Assembly (NCBI RefSeq): GCF_028641065.1
Contig: NC_073386.1
Coordinates: forward strand, 16,492,001 to 16,556,000
Direction of reading: 5' to 3'
Source of the DNA: Leucoraja erinacea
Lineage: Eukaryota
Length of the DNA stretch: 64,000 nt
Position numbers and translations under genes: made by a program. Positions within the stretch are counted from its first letter, which is position 1; each line of letters begins with the position of its first letter. The notes under the pieces are model-generated. The model worked only from the letters and a program-made list of their open reading frames with translations. It was not told the DNA's origin and did not search any database. Of the stretch, positions 34,172 to 46,690 are shown piece after piece.

Positions 34172-36156
34172 CAATTGGAAGGCCTTGGAGCATGATCAGA
34201 ACAGAGACAGTAGCTGTGGAAGGAGATTGCCGGGGAGCAGAGGAAATGTCATGAAGACCTCCCACCTGTAGCCAAGTTCAGTGACAAAGTCCATCAACGA
34301 ATAACCACTCAACTCCATTCACTGGCTACTCCATGCAACGCACTCCCAATCTCCTCAATCAACAATCCATAGTAATCAATAACCATACCGAACCATCAAC
34401 ATCCTCTACTCACATTCACATCCTCGCCTTACTCCCATACTCACACGTACATCTCACAACCTGTACATGGCCGGCACATGACAGAGCAGTGTGGCAAGGC
34501 AGTCTCCCTTGCATGAGTGGGTATGTGAGACATGCAAACTGCACTGGCAAGATGTCAAGAATCTGGCGAGATGTCTTACCGCATTAACAGGGTGGTTGTA
34601 TCGAGCGTGGGTATGGCCAACACAGCGCTGGTGATCAGGGGTGATTGCTCAGATCTAAACATCTTTTTTCAGTATGGAGCTGACCACCTATGACAAATGG
34701 ACAAAGTAGCAGTGGCTGTGCATTGTACGACATTTATAAAATCCATGTCTATCGAGTATAATGTGCAACATTATTATATTGCATGATTCATGTGAATTTC
34801 TACCCCATGTTTTAAGAAAGCAAATCTTACTTGGTCGTTACCAATTAGTTTTGATACGGGGAGAATTAAGATGAGGGAAGGAAGACACCATATTCCTTCA
34901 ATTGATCATCCCTGTAGAAGTTGTTAGGTGTCATTAGAGACTTCTGAATATCTATAGTCGCCTTGGGCAACATGGACAAACAAATAAACTAGTCGGTTTT
35001 CTGTAATGTCATAATATGTATTTAAAATGTGGAAAGTGGTATTTCTGAGGTAATTTTTGGCATTTCAGTAGCTTCAATAATTTTTATATCAGCTACCAAA
35101 GAATATTCTTAATAGCTGTTTATTTAATTAGTATAGTCTTTATAGAATAAAACACCTAACATGAATATGAATTTAACATGTTATCCATTAGTATGAACTG
35201 TTTCATGGCTATTCATTTTACATTTACCTCAGTAAAAATAGATTAAAAATGTGAATGCTCAATATGAATAGTTTTACATTAAACATTTCTACATGTGTAT
35301 TTATTTATTCAAGAGGCAAAAGTGAATTGTGCACGATCCCGGGAAGTGCATAGATTAAGTCAGTGTTATGTACAAAGTTGATAATCTCATCCGTATATTT
35401 AAACATCTGAAAAGTTTAGCAATCTTCAAAAGAGGCATTCAGCTTAGTTCTGATCCCTGAGAAGAGGAAAGAATGGTGAAGCTACACGTGCCACAGTCTC
35501 ACTTGGTTAGTTTGGGGGACACAGTTTATACTGCTACTGTGTGCTCAATGGGGAAAAAAAATCCCTTACCCTTCACCACATCAATTGTCACTTCGACAAA
35601 CATGAAATAAAAATAAAAAGGGCACCATGAGAAAGTTTCTTGCACTACATACATGCTAATATTTCAGTGAGGATGAGTCATTTGCTCTTCTATGCCATTG
35701 TAAGTAATCCTGATCTGTTTCAAGTGACGACTACATGGAAACTGAAGCTGCCTTGATAAATGGGGAAACCTTTGCAAAAAAAAAAATGCTCTAACATACA
35801 TTTTTAATGGCCCGATTGTTCGATTTAATTCCTGTGCAGGTTTTTCTTTTTAATGTGAAAATAGTCATATTTTGTCCCAGATTAGTACAGATAACAGCTG
35901 ACAGACTCTCCTGCTCAAGGTATTTGCTGGACATAATTCATTCATAAACCAGTAATGCAGCCATTTATCATCTGAATTTTTTCTCGCCCTCTCTGTCTCC
36001 GCTCCCGGCTCTCCTGAGTCTCTGAGCTCTGATGTATTAGCCGGCATATGCAAGCTATGAATTATCTGCTGAACAGAGTCAATTATCCACTATAGAAATG
36101 AGAGCCTGGGTGCCAATAGCCTGGAGGGGTCCTGCTGTATTTACGGTATGAAGGCA

Positions 36157-36222
36157 GAGAGAGAGAGAGGGGGGGACAGAGAGAGAGAGAGAGAGAGGGG
36201 GAGAGAGAGAGAGCGGGAGAGA
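36157..36222. repeat. (GA)n purine tract
   Basis: Direct reading. Confidence 0.95.
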
Positions 36223-36566
36223 CTGAAAAAGATCACCTCCCCCAAACTACCTTCTATCAGCCTCAGCTAAAGGAACTGTTAGAAAATTTAATGCAATAAT
36301 CCATTTTTATATGCCATTTTTATGACTGCTTTAATGGCAAAATGTTTTATAATAAACCCTTCAGTCTACTAACACATTTTCTGTCATATGCTTTCTTTCA
36401 CTTTTTTTCTGGTCTCTCCTCAGCCTTCAATCAAAGCCTTCAGATTGACTGAAGTGACTAATAGAATGGACAGCTAATGGAGTATTGGATAGTTTTTTTC
36501 CCAATCCCCAGCTACAGGCCTATTTGCCTTTGTCATGTAGAGGTACCATTGATTTTTCTCCCTTTC

Positions 36567-36630
36567 ACTCTCTCTCTCTCACTCTCTCTCACTCTCTCTC
36601 CCTCTCTCTCCTCTCTCTCTCTCTCGCTCT
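36567..36630. repeat. (CT)n pyrimidine tract
   Basis: Direct reading. Confidence 0.95.
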
Positions 36631-36907
36631 CCAAACAGTGCCTAGCCCGAGCATGTTGCTACACAAAACCAGGGCAACCTCGCTGAGTGACACAAGTGAC
36701 ACTTAGGGAAATGAGGCCATTAGACAGAATTATAGGGGTGCTTGATGGATCAGTAATAGGCTCTGATGATGGAATTTAACACAGACCCCCACCAGGGACA
36801 GGTCTAATATACACTTCAGCAGATCCCTTAATAAACCTCCTTTCAACATTTTGAGCTGTGAAGTTTTAGCCTACTAAAAATAAAATCCGCTTTCATTGCA
36901 TTAGTAT

Positions 36908-36912
<5 letters not shown>

Positions 36913-36939
<27 letters not shown>
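36913..36939. repeat. (TG)n microsatellite
   Basis: Direct reading. Confidence 0.95.
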
Positions 36940-37954
36940 TGGTGTGGGGGTGGGAGGGGGAGGGGGTGGTTGGTGTCAAGATTTCAATGCAAGTGTGTGT
37001 GCATGTACTGTTGTAAATATATATATGCTTTTCTGTGCAGGAATTTATACACCTCTGCTTGTGGGTCTATGCATCGCATTATATTTTCCGATATCTGAAA
37101 TCTTTTTTAAGGGTTTTAGGAATTGGAATAACTCACATTTTTTGAAAGTGCTGTGGGCAGACAAAGAAGTTAAATTTGCTAAGCTGTAAATTGTTTGAAA
37201 GATTAAACTGGTGCTCTCTTTATCCTTACTGTTTATGCAAGACAATAAAATTATAGGTTAAGTAGTGAGGTACGTTTTTACCCTTTTTTTTTTACCTCTT
37301 TGCAAGACAGTACTGGCTTCTCTAAATCCTCTTTTGGCTTTAATCTGAATATAAAGATGCGGAAAGGATTAAATTCTGCTGGTGAATAAATCGTTTGTTT
37401 GTGCCAGGATCCATTAGTCTGCTTTTAAGGTGGTTTATGTTACTTTCATTTGTTTGCCTCAAGCAGGTAGGAGGAACAAATACATATCCAAACAAAGAAA
37501 GCTCTTAGTAGTGTTTGTTGGAACCAAAAAAGTAAAGATTTTATTGCTTTTATCAACATGCGGCAGTTTTGGCTTGGCTGCCAAGGAAAGATTAAATTCA
37601 CAATAAATTAGAACCCATACGAATAAACTGACCTCACACTATTGACTATAATGTAAACCATTTACTGATCTGTAGTTTGAAATGTGTGTGGGTTTTCATG
37701 AGAGGGCAAAAACATTTGATTTTTTTTTTTTGGAATGGGTCATGATTTGGACGAAACAACATTGTATGTTGGAGCAACCTTTGAAACGGCAAGATCTGAT
37801 TTTGGACCAAGATCCAAAGTTAGAGGGCTTGATAGGATAGTAGGTGGAAGGTAATTGTTTTCCTACTTGAGCCAAGACTATGAAACCATCTAAGGGAAGG
37901 TGTAAACCACCCAGTAGTGGGTCTACACACTAGGTCAGCTTCTATGTAGTCCAG

Positions 37955-38250
37955 ATTTGAAGTTAGACTTTAGACATACAGTGAGGAATCTGGCCCTTCA
38001 GTCCACTGAGCCCACACTGACCATCAATCACCCCCACACACCAGCACTATCCTACACACTTGGGACAATTTACAAATTACAGAAACTAATTACATTAACC
38101 TACAAACCTGTACGTCATGTGAATATGGGAGGAAACCGGAACACCTAGAGAAAGCCCATGTGGTCACAGGGAGAACGTACAAACTCCGTACAAACAACAC
38201 CAGTAGTCAAGATCGAGCCCGGTTCTCTGACGCTGTAACTCCACTGCTGT
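37955..38250 (-). mobile_element. tRNA SINE
   Basis: gggaggaaaccggaacacc...gagaacgtacaaactccgtac...gatcgagccc. Confidence 0.85.
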
Positions 38251-38769
38251 TGTAAGGATGAAGGTTCTCTTCCAATTTTGAATGGTATGTAAGTAGCAAG
38301 TGCAGGCATTCTTCTAGAAGTTTGAATCAGTGTGAACATTTCAGAATAAAACGCTTCAGATCTTCATGGCTATACAATTTCAACACCATTAAGGCTTTAC
38401 TCTTGGAAACAAAACTGTGTGTGAAGCAGAATGAAGGGCACTCGCACTTTTCTGTTTAGACCACTTCAGTTTTTCAGTTCTACAACATCGATGGTTGGTG
38501 TGGACTCTGTGGGAGGATGGGCCTGTTTCCATGCTGTATCTCTAAGCTAAACTAGGAGGGAAGTAACACCTGTTAAGGTTAGTAAAAGAATGTTCAATAT
38601 TGATATTTTCTCAATTGGCTTCTTCAATGATTGTCCTGATTTGAATTCATTGTGTAGATGTATCCTTAGACATATCTAATTCCCAATAGAACACAACAAT
38701 AGAGTACAAAAACCTGCAAAAAGGGGAATAATTTTGTCCATTTTAAAGACTTGGCGTATCATGGATAGA

Positions 38770-38890
38770 CATGAAGAAGGGTCTCGACCCGAAACGTCAC
38801 CCATTCCTTCTCTCCAGAGATGCTGCCTGACCCGCTGAGTTACTCCAACATTGTATGTCTAATTTGGTGTATATCAGTTCCTTTCTCCAC
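38770..38890 (+). mobile_element. Penelope pseudo-LTR
   Basis: tgaagaagggtctcgacccgaaacgtcacccattcc...gagttactcc. Confidence 0.85.
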
Positions 38891-39491
38891 TTGGAGTATC
38901 ATGTGCAGTGTTAATCTGTAACATGGACACACAACCAAAATTCCAGAAATGTTTGACAAAGATGATAAAAGAACTGGGAGAATGAAACCATCCATAACGT
39001 TCAAGCATCCAGGAGGTTTTATTACTGCAAAACAGAAGATGAGGAGATGATTTGATGCAATTTTCCAGACCAATGTTGTGGTTTGAAATCTTGAATTCTA
39101 AGTATTGTTTTCCATCATAGTTTGAGACAAGAACAAGGTGGGCGAGTTGGTATAAGTAGAAAATAGCCACTAACTTGTTGCATTCATTAATTTATAAGGG
39201 GAATGTCAAGAATGAAGAAATATCTGTTGTATGTTGCAGTTGAAAGAAACTTAGGTCAATAGATCTAAATGGGAAGAGATCATTAGGAACAGGATCATGG
39301 TTGTTGTCCAGCTTGAATCTACTTGCATTACTCTTATCCTTATCCATCACTAGGGTGTGCATTTCAGAGAGAGAATTCCGTGCAAAGGTATATTCACTAT
39401 AGCTTCTCCATACAGTATATACCCTTTTGAATGCCTTTATCACTTTTAAAGGCTGGTAGATCAGACATCAAGCATTTAAAAAAAAAAAAAT

Positions 39492-39585
39492 GTTTTATGA
39501 TATGCCTGTAAGGGAAATTCATTTCGTTGTCTCAAATTGAGACAATGACAATAAATTTGAATACAATACAAGAATACAATAAAAA
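39492..39585 (+). mobile_element. Isolated 3' tail of the 17921-18737 family
   Basis: aaattcatttcgttgtctcaaattgagacaatgacaataaatttgaatacaatac, near-identical to 18670-18737. Confidence 0.85.
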
Positions 39586-39743
39586 GTGTAGCTAACCTGT
39601 TCTAATAAATTTAACCCTTTAATCCTTAGTATCACTGCAGTAAATCTTTGGTGCATACACTCTGATTTCTTCATCTCTCCTTTAATACAGTACCCAAACC
39701 TTCATGCTCCAGGTTAGATCTGATCAAGGTGCTGCAACTAAAG

Positions 39744-39844
39744 GTAGGCATAAAATGCTGGAGTAACTCTGCGGGACAGGCAGCATCCCTGGAGGGTGGT
39801 GATGTTTCTGTTCGAGACCCTTCTTCAGACTGATTTGACTAAAT
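39744..39844 (-). mobile_element. Penelope pseudo-LTR
   Basis: 12-bp TSD ctgcaactaaag at 39732-39743 and 39845-39856. Confidence 0.8.
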
Positions 39845-40054
39845 CTGCAACTAAAGTATGGTTTCCTTATTCTTGGATACCAAACCATTTGAAGTATTAC
39901 TTACCTGTATCATCTCAATAGATACTTGATCAGTTTTGGTGCAAGCCTTTAACAATTTCTGCCTGTCAGTACTAAGATCCCTTCGTTCCTCTGTATTTCC
40001 TGTCTTATTACTACAAAAAAGTTACTTGTTTGTCCGACTTGGCTCGAAATTATG

Positions 40055-40750
40055 GTAAAATCAAGAGAGGAATAAATCAGGTAGATGAACAGCATTCTCG
40101 CCCAGAGTAGGGGAATCGAGGACCTGAGGACATGTTCAAGGTGAAGGGGAAAGGATTTAATAGGAATCCGAGGGGTAACCTTTTCACACTAAGGGTAGTG
40201 GGTGGATGGAACAAGCTGCCAGAGGAGGTAGTTCAGGATGGGACTATCCCAATGTTTAAGAAACAGTTTGACAGGTACATGAATAGGACAAGTTTGGAGG
40301 ATATAAAACAAAGTTTGGAGGATGAAACATATAAGATTGTTAAGGGCTTGGACACACTAGAGACAGGAAACATGTTCCCGATGTTGGGGGAGTCCAGAAC
40401 CAGGGGCCACAGTTTAAGAATAAGGAGTAAGCCATTTGGAACGGAGATGACAAAACACTTTTTCTCACACAGTGGTGAGTCTGTGGAATTATCTGCCTCA
40501 GAGGGCAGTGGAGGCAGGTTCTCTGGATGCTTTCAAGAGAGAGCTAGATAGGGCTCTTAAAAATAGCGGAGTCAGGGGATATGGGGAGAAGGCAGGAAAT
40601 GGCCTACTCCTGCACCTATTGTCTGTCTATTGTCTATTGTCTATTGTTTTTTGATATGGACCAAACACAGGCAGGTGGGACTCGTGTAGCTGGGACATGA
40701 TGTTGGCCAGTGTGAACAAGTTGGTCCAAAGGGCCTGTTTCCATGCTGTA
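40055..40750 (+). mobile_element. CR1 3' end with a second CR1 3' end nested at about 40325-40650
   Basis: RGNLFTLRVVGGWNKLPEEVV, then ETYKIVKGLDTLETGNMFPMLGESRTRGH; two different tails. Confidence 0.85.
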
Positions 40751-41294
40751 TCACTCTATGACTCTATGAAAGCTGATGCCCTCACTGTTCCCCAACATGG
40801 AACTCGACCCAACACAGCTTTGCATGGTCAATCAATTCTTTGCTTTCAGGTTTAATGTTGTCAGTGACCTAAGATGTGACTGTCCATCCGATTAGCCAAC
40901 CACCGATCTATGCAGTAACTTGAAAAATACCATTTATGCAACCTACCAATCCCTTTATTTCTGCTTTGTTTAGTTTATTGTCACATGTACTGAGGTATAA
41001 TGGAAAGTTTTTGATACATGCTAACCAGTTATTCCAGCATTTTGTGTCTATCGGCGGAAAGACTACACATGATTGCAATTGAGTATTCCACAGTGATAAA
41101 AGAAAAAACGTTTAGTGCAAGATAAAGTCCAGTAAAGTCCGATTAATTATAGTCTGAGGGTCTCCAATGATGTCCGAGGGTCTCCAACCTAAGCCATGTC
41201 ACAAGATCCACGTACTCTATTTTTGTTTGTGATCTCCACTGTGGAATCTCATTAAATGCCTACCAGTGTTTTAAAATATAAATTATATTAATTG

Positions 41295-41560
41295 ACTTAC
41301 CATCACCTGGCGGGGTCCCAACATCGGGAGCCTGGATCGCCTCAATGCAGAGGGAGAATAAGGAGGGAAGGGACAAGGACTTTAAGACTTTTGCCTTCCA
41401 TCACAGTGAGGTGGTGCCTGGTAGACTCATTGTGGTGGATGTTAAATTGTGTTAAGTGTGTGTTTTGTTATTTTGTTCTGTGTTATGACTGCAAGGTATA
41501 CAATTTCATTCAGACTGAAATGTATGAATGACAATAAAGGATACTTTACTTTACTTTACT
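41295..41560 (+). mobile_element. 3' part of a GC-rich Rex1-tailed element
   Basis: gccttccatcacagtgag...ctcattgtggtggatg hairpin; TGACAATAAA + (acttt)n. Confidence 0.7.
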
Positions 41561-41719
41561 CCTCTCTCCCCCATGTTAGTGCCCTCAAGCAATTTATCTA
41601 AGTTAGTCAGATGCGGTCTAGCCTTTACAAGCCTAAGGTCAATGACCAGCTCGCACTTGGTCAAGTGCTTGGACAATCCATCCCTGATGATAGATATCAG
41701 TAATCTCCTCACAACTGAT

Positions 41720-41965
41720 GATAAACTGCAGAAAAAAGACACAAATGCTGGAGTAACTCATCAGGTCAGGCAGCATCTTTGGACAAGACAGATACAAAAT
41801 GCTAGAGTAACTCAGCTGGTCAGGCAACATCTCTGAAGAAAAGGAATGGGTGATGTTTCAAGTCAAAACCCTTCTTCAGATGGAGAGTCAGGAGAGTGGG
41901 AAACTAGATCTTTGGAGAACGTGGATAGATGGCATTTTGGGTCGGGACACTTCTTCAGACTGATA
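41720..41965 (-). mobile_element. Penelope pLTR nested in another pLTR
   Basis: Inner copy flanked by atctttgga at 41775-41783 and 41908-41916. Confidence 0.75.
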
Positions 41966-43629
41966 AATGAGTTCCTTGCATACTGTGTTCGAGTGGGAGA
42001 AGCCTAACATGAAGTTTGTGGCTGGAAAGTACCAGATGCACCAAGAAACCAGTTTCTGTGCTGTATTGTTAATGTAATCTTATGTGTTTCAGATTCATTC
42101 ACCAGCTGTGCACAGAAAAGCTATTATAGTTGTAACATTAGAATGCCAATCATCCAAAATATTTTCAATTCCCAAATCCTAATATACTGTAAATCTACAA
42201 TGCAAAGGTTAAGTGCTTGTCCATAAAGGAGGGAAAGTCAATCAGTTGAGCTGCCACACCCCAGAACTAGGTGTCAAATCTGATAAGTCGATGAGAAAAA
42301 AAAACTAATTTCTGGTTTATACTATAAAAGAAAATATTCTTTCAGTGCCTTAGGGTTCCGGATTCCCTGATCCTTACTCTCTGCTATCCGTGCAAATTAA
42401 AGAGGTAAAATCAAGGGCATCATTTAACAGATGTAATTACTGGATATAAGCAGTTTGCCACACATGTCATTGTTGTAAAATTCCCAATAAATGGTGTCAT
42501 TCTTGGTTGAAGCTCCAGTGTGCAGGGAGACCAAGGAAGGATTTGAGAACAAAGCTGACGATTTAAGATCAAGTTATTTCTCGAAGAGGAGCCTATGTGA
42601 GCCAGCAATGCAATAACCAGGAGTTAATGGTTTAGATGTAAGTTTATTATTGCCATAAGTATCTCTAAATTAATCCCTGATCTGAATGCATTGAGGTACA
42701 GTGAAAAGCTTTGTTTTGCATGCTATCCAAACAGATATACCATACATAAGTACAATTAAGTCATTCTTAAATACAATAGATAGGGCAAAGGTGAAGATAC
42801 AGAATGCAGAATATAGTTCTCAGCAATGTAGTGCATGAATTGCACAGACAACAGAGTTATAGAAAGCCGTATGTTTACAAAGCAGAGAATGAGTGATATG
42901 AGCCAGGTAGACATTCGAGTAATCAAGTTTCAAGCTGTGACAAATCATGGATCAGAATTTCAAACACCACATAAGTTGGCTAAAGGCCCAAATAGCCAAT
43001 GTTTTGTACTGGAAATATGTAGTCTGAATAATATTCTGTGTGGTCTGTAGAACCCCTCAAGGTCAAGTACAACTGGGAGTTTACAAACAGCCCTATTGAG
43101 TGTCAGGCTAGAAGACAAATGAACATTTCAGGAGCTATGGAATAGAGTTTATGTGTGGACCGAAAACAACAACCTTACTCTTTGCACACTTGGCTGTAGA
43201 AACCTTCTGCTTATCTCGTCTTGGATAGAGGTGAAGAAGCCTGATAATTTGGAAATGAAGTAGGGATCGAGAAGAAAGCAACTTGTTGGACTTTAGGAAG
43301 AGAGAAATGGAGAAGAGCATCAGATATAGGATCAGGAGTCAGCCACAAGACACTTCATTCAGCGAGAGCATGGATGATTTTATCGTTTGAGGATTTGATT
43401 TGATCGTTGCCTCAGCTCCAATTTCCCACTAGTACTGTAAATCCCCAGTAGACCCAACTACCTGCCAATCTCAACCTTGAAAATAGATGCTCTGCATTAA
43501 AGAACTGCAACGATCCATGACTCCCTGAGAAAGGACATGGCACCCATCTTTTAAGAATAAGAGATTACTTAATCAGGTGACCCCTTATCCTTAAAATATG
43601 TTCTTTTTGGATCACTGCATGAGGGGAAG

Positions 43630-43878
43630 TGACTTTAGAGATACAGCGCAGAAACAGGTCCTTCAGCCCACCGTGTCTGCACCAACCAGCGATCACTCAG
43701 TATACATCTATCCTACACACTAGGGCCAGTTACAAACCTGTATGTGTTTGGAGTGTGGGAAGAATCTAGAGCACCTGGAGAAAACATACATAATCTGTAC
43801 AGACAGCACCTATAGTCAGAATTGCACCTGGGCCTCTGGCGCTGTATGGCAGCAACACTATCGCTGTGCCACCATGCC
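43630..43878 (-). mobile_element. tRNA SINE
   Basis: tttagagatacagcgcagaaacagg...ctgtgccaccatgcc. Confidence 0.8.
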
Positions 43879-44366
43879 TTCTTGATATCTACCCTCATTC
43901 GATTTTATCTGTTGCATAAGATCATCTCTCCTTCTAAACGTCAATGGTAGGAAAATTAACACCTTCTCTTGACAGAAATAAACCAAACTTATAACCAAAT
44001 ATAAGCAGGTTTCTAGGATTCAGATCAATGAGTGGTGAAACGGGTGGCACGGTGGCGCAGCGGTAGAGTTGCTGCCTTACAGCGTTTGCAGCGCCAGAGA
44101 CCCGGGTTTGATCCCGATGGGTGCTGTCTGTGAATTGAATGAACAGATGATGTTTTGGGTCGAGACCCTTCTTCAGACTGAAATAGAGTCGGGGAAGAAA
44201 GATGAAAAGTGCGTACGGGATAAATCTACCCCATTGCAGATATTAGACTTTGTCTCTGGAACTGGTGTGCTGCAGTGTTGAGAACGATATTCTTGGCTCT
44301 GTATCTTCCCCTTTGCTCAACCTAATGTTAGGTGAGATTGTTTATATATATATGTGTATATATAAA

Positions 44367-44685
44367 TGGGCGGCACGGTGGCACAGTGGTAGAGCTGCTG
44401 CCTTACAGCGCTTGCAGCGCCGGAGACCCGGGTTCGATCCTGACTACGGGTGCTGTCTGTACGGAATTTGTACGTTCTCCCCGTGACCTGCGTGGGTTTT
44501 CTCCGAGATCTTCGGTTTCTTCCCACACTTCAAAGACGTACAGGTTTTTAGATTAATTGGCTTGATATAAGTGTAAAATTGTACCTAGTGTGTGTAGGAT
44601 AGTGTTAATGTGCGGGGATCGCTGGTCGGCGCGGACTCGGTGGGCCAATAGGCCTGTTTCCACACTGTATCTCTAAACTAAACCA
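44367..44685 (+). mobile_element. tRNA SINE, full length, young
   Basis: gggcggcacggtggcacagtggtagagc...ggttcgatcc...(aaact)n. Confidence 0.92.
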
Positions 44686-46071
44686 AAGAACATATCAGGA
44701 TTACAAACAAGTATCTTTATTACTTGTCACCAAGTGCTGTAGTAACACAGCTGGTCAGGACGCATCAGTGGAGGGTGTAGATGGACAACGTTTTAGGGAT
44801 CTGGCCCAAAGCATTTCCTACTCATTCCCTCTGCAGATGCTGCTTGTCCCACTGAGTTCCTCCAGCACTTTGGGTTTTGCTCAAGATTCCATCACCTGCA
44901 GTTCCTTTTTGTCTCTATCTTTATTACTTGTCAGAGTAATACGAGATGGTATTACTCCTGTACACCATATGACCAGCCTGATACATGATGCCTGTCCTGC
45001 CCAGTGCTGACTCGTGCCATCAACCCAGCCCTGCCACACGTCTCTATCTTCATTACTTGTCAGAGTAATACGAGATGGTGTTATTCCTGTATACTATATG
45101 GTTGGCTGGCCATCAATCCAGCCCTGTCATATGGCCATATGTTGGATTTTAAAGAAGTGCATGGCGTGACTCAAGTATCTGATGATTCTGATCAATGGAA
45201 GGCTTAGAAGGATTGCCAGAACCGCCGTTACAGCAGAAGCAGCGTGCCAAGAAACTCTGTGTGATTTTGAGGATGTGCCTGTCCTGTTTCCTAAGGTGGT
45301 TGGTCATAACTTGCCAATGTGTTTACTACCTTCTGGGCATTGTGCACATTCACAAGTTACCAAAACTACACTACAAGGTGCTTGACTCTGTAAAGAAAAC
45401 TCTGCTGGGAAATTGCTTTCTCATCAAGATGTGACTGCAGAATGAAGTATGAAGCACAGGAGAATGATTTTACACCTTGACTATGCAGCATCTCAACACG
45501 TACTGACAGTGGATCTGGGGGGACGTGTATATTCGTACTTTCATTCTGATAAGTATATAAAATGTTCCAGCCAAATGTTTTATGACCCTAACAGGAATTG
45601 ACTGTATTAGGGAATGCTACTTACACTTGTCAGTGCACGGTAGTTAATAGCTAGACAGGCTGTAAAGCTCCATCTAATACCTTAAAGAGGGCCAACTATA
45701 TTTCACCATGTATCGATCAGGCCACTGTATGTGTTTTCACATGTCCCTGATCCTGTTTGCAAAGCTGTAAAGTAATAACAGTACTCATGTCAAGAGGGTA
45801 ATTATCATTGATTTAACCCAGTGTGACAAATTTTTCAGTCATGCTGCCTAATTCATACTCAAAGTTTGAATCCGGTGACTGCCTTTGGAGGGTGTTACAA
45901 CTGAGGAAGATTAAAGGCTATTCTCAATGGGAAAACCTTCAGAGACCTCCACCAGCTAAATGTGCTCAAAGGGGAGGCAGGGACACTGGCAAGCTTCAGA
46001 AATGCCACAGAATCACCAAAGGTTTCCAAGTGTCACCCTACCCCCAAAGACAGAATCAAGATGCCTAAATG

Positions 46072-46690
46072 ATGTGCAGGAAGGAACTGCAGATTCTGGT
46101 TTACACTGAAGATAGACACAAAATGCTGGAGTAACTCAGCGGTGTTAAGCTGCATCTCTGGAGAAAAGGAATAGATGACGTTTTGGGCCAAGACCCTTCT
46201 TCAGACTGACTCAGGGGAGAGGGAAACTAGAGGTATGAAAGGGTGCAGAACACTGCTGGCCAAGGAGCCCACAGTGGTCCATTGTTGGCTGTAGAGAAGG
46301 TGAATACGAAGGGATTCGAGCAGTGAATCTAGCAGGTGGACTAGGGTGGGGGAGGGATGGGGAGAGAGGGAATGCAAGGGTTACTTGAAGTTAGAGAAAT
46401 CAATATTCATACCACAGGGTTGTAAGCTGCCCAGGCAAAATATGAGGTGCTGTTCCACCAATTTGCATGTTGCCTCATTCTAACAATAGATGAGGCCGAG
46501 GACAAAAAGTTCTGTATGGGAAAGGGAAGGGGAGTTAAAATGTTTGGCAACTAGGAAATCATATAGGCAAGGCAGAGTGAGCGTATGTGTTCAGAAAATC
46601 GACCGCCCAGTCCACACTTGGTCTCGACAATAGTCTAGTTCACACCGAGAACAACAAACACAGTAGATGAGGTTGGAGGAGGTGCAAGGT
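46072..46690 (-). mobile_element. Penelope-like 3' end (GIY-YIG fragment plus pLTR)
   Basis: Antisense TSSNLIYC...ETK..LG.RF.EH...LVEQHLIF followed by the pLTR. Confidence 0.8.

Larger units (their letters stand above)
35840..36900. promoter_or_regulatory. Putative conserved non-coding enhancer cluster
   Basis: TE-free unique sequence with clustered TTTTAT/TTTATGAC/TAAT/TGACA motifs; conservation is inferred, not measured. Confidence 0.45.

Noticed and set aside
44367-44450. tRNA gene
   Set aside because: The A/B-box-like head continues into a SINE body and tail, and similar heads recur many times; no proper cloverleaf or terminator
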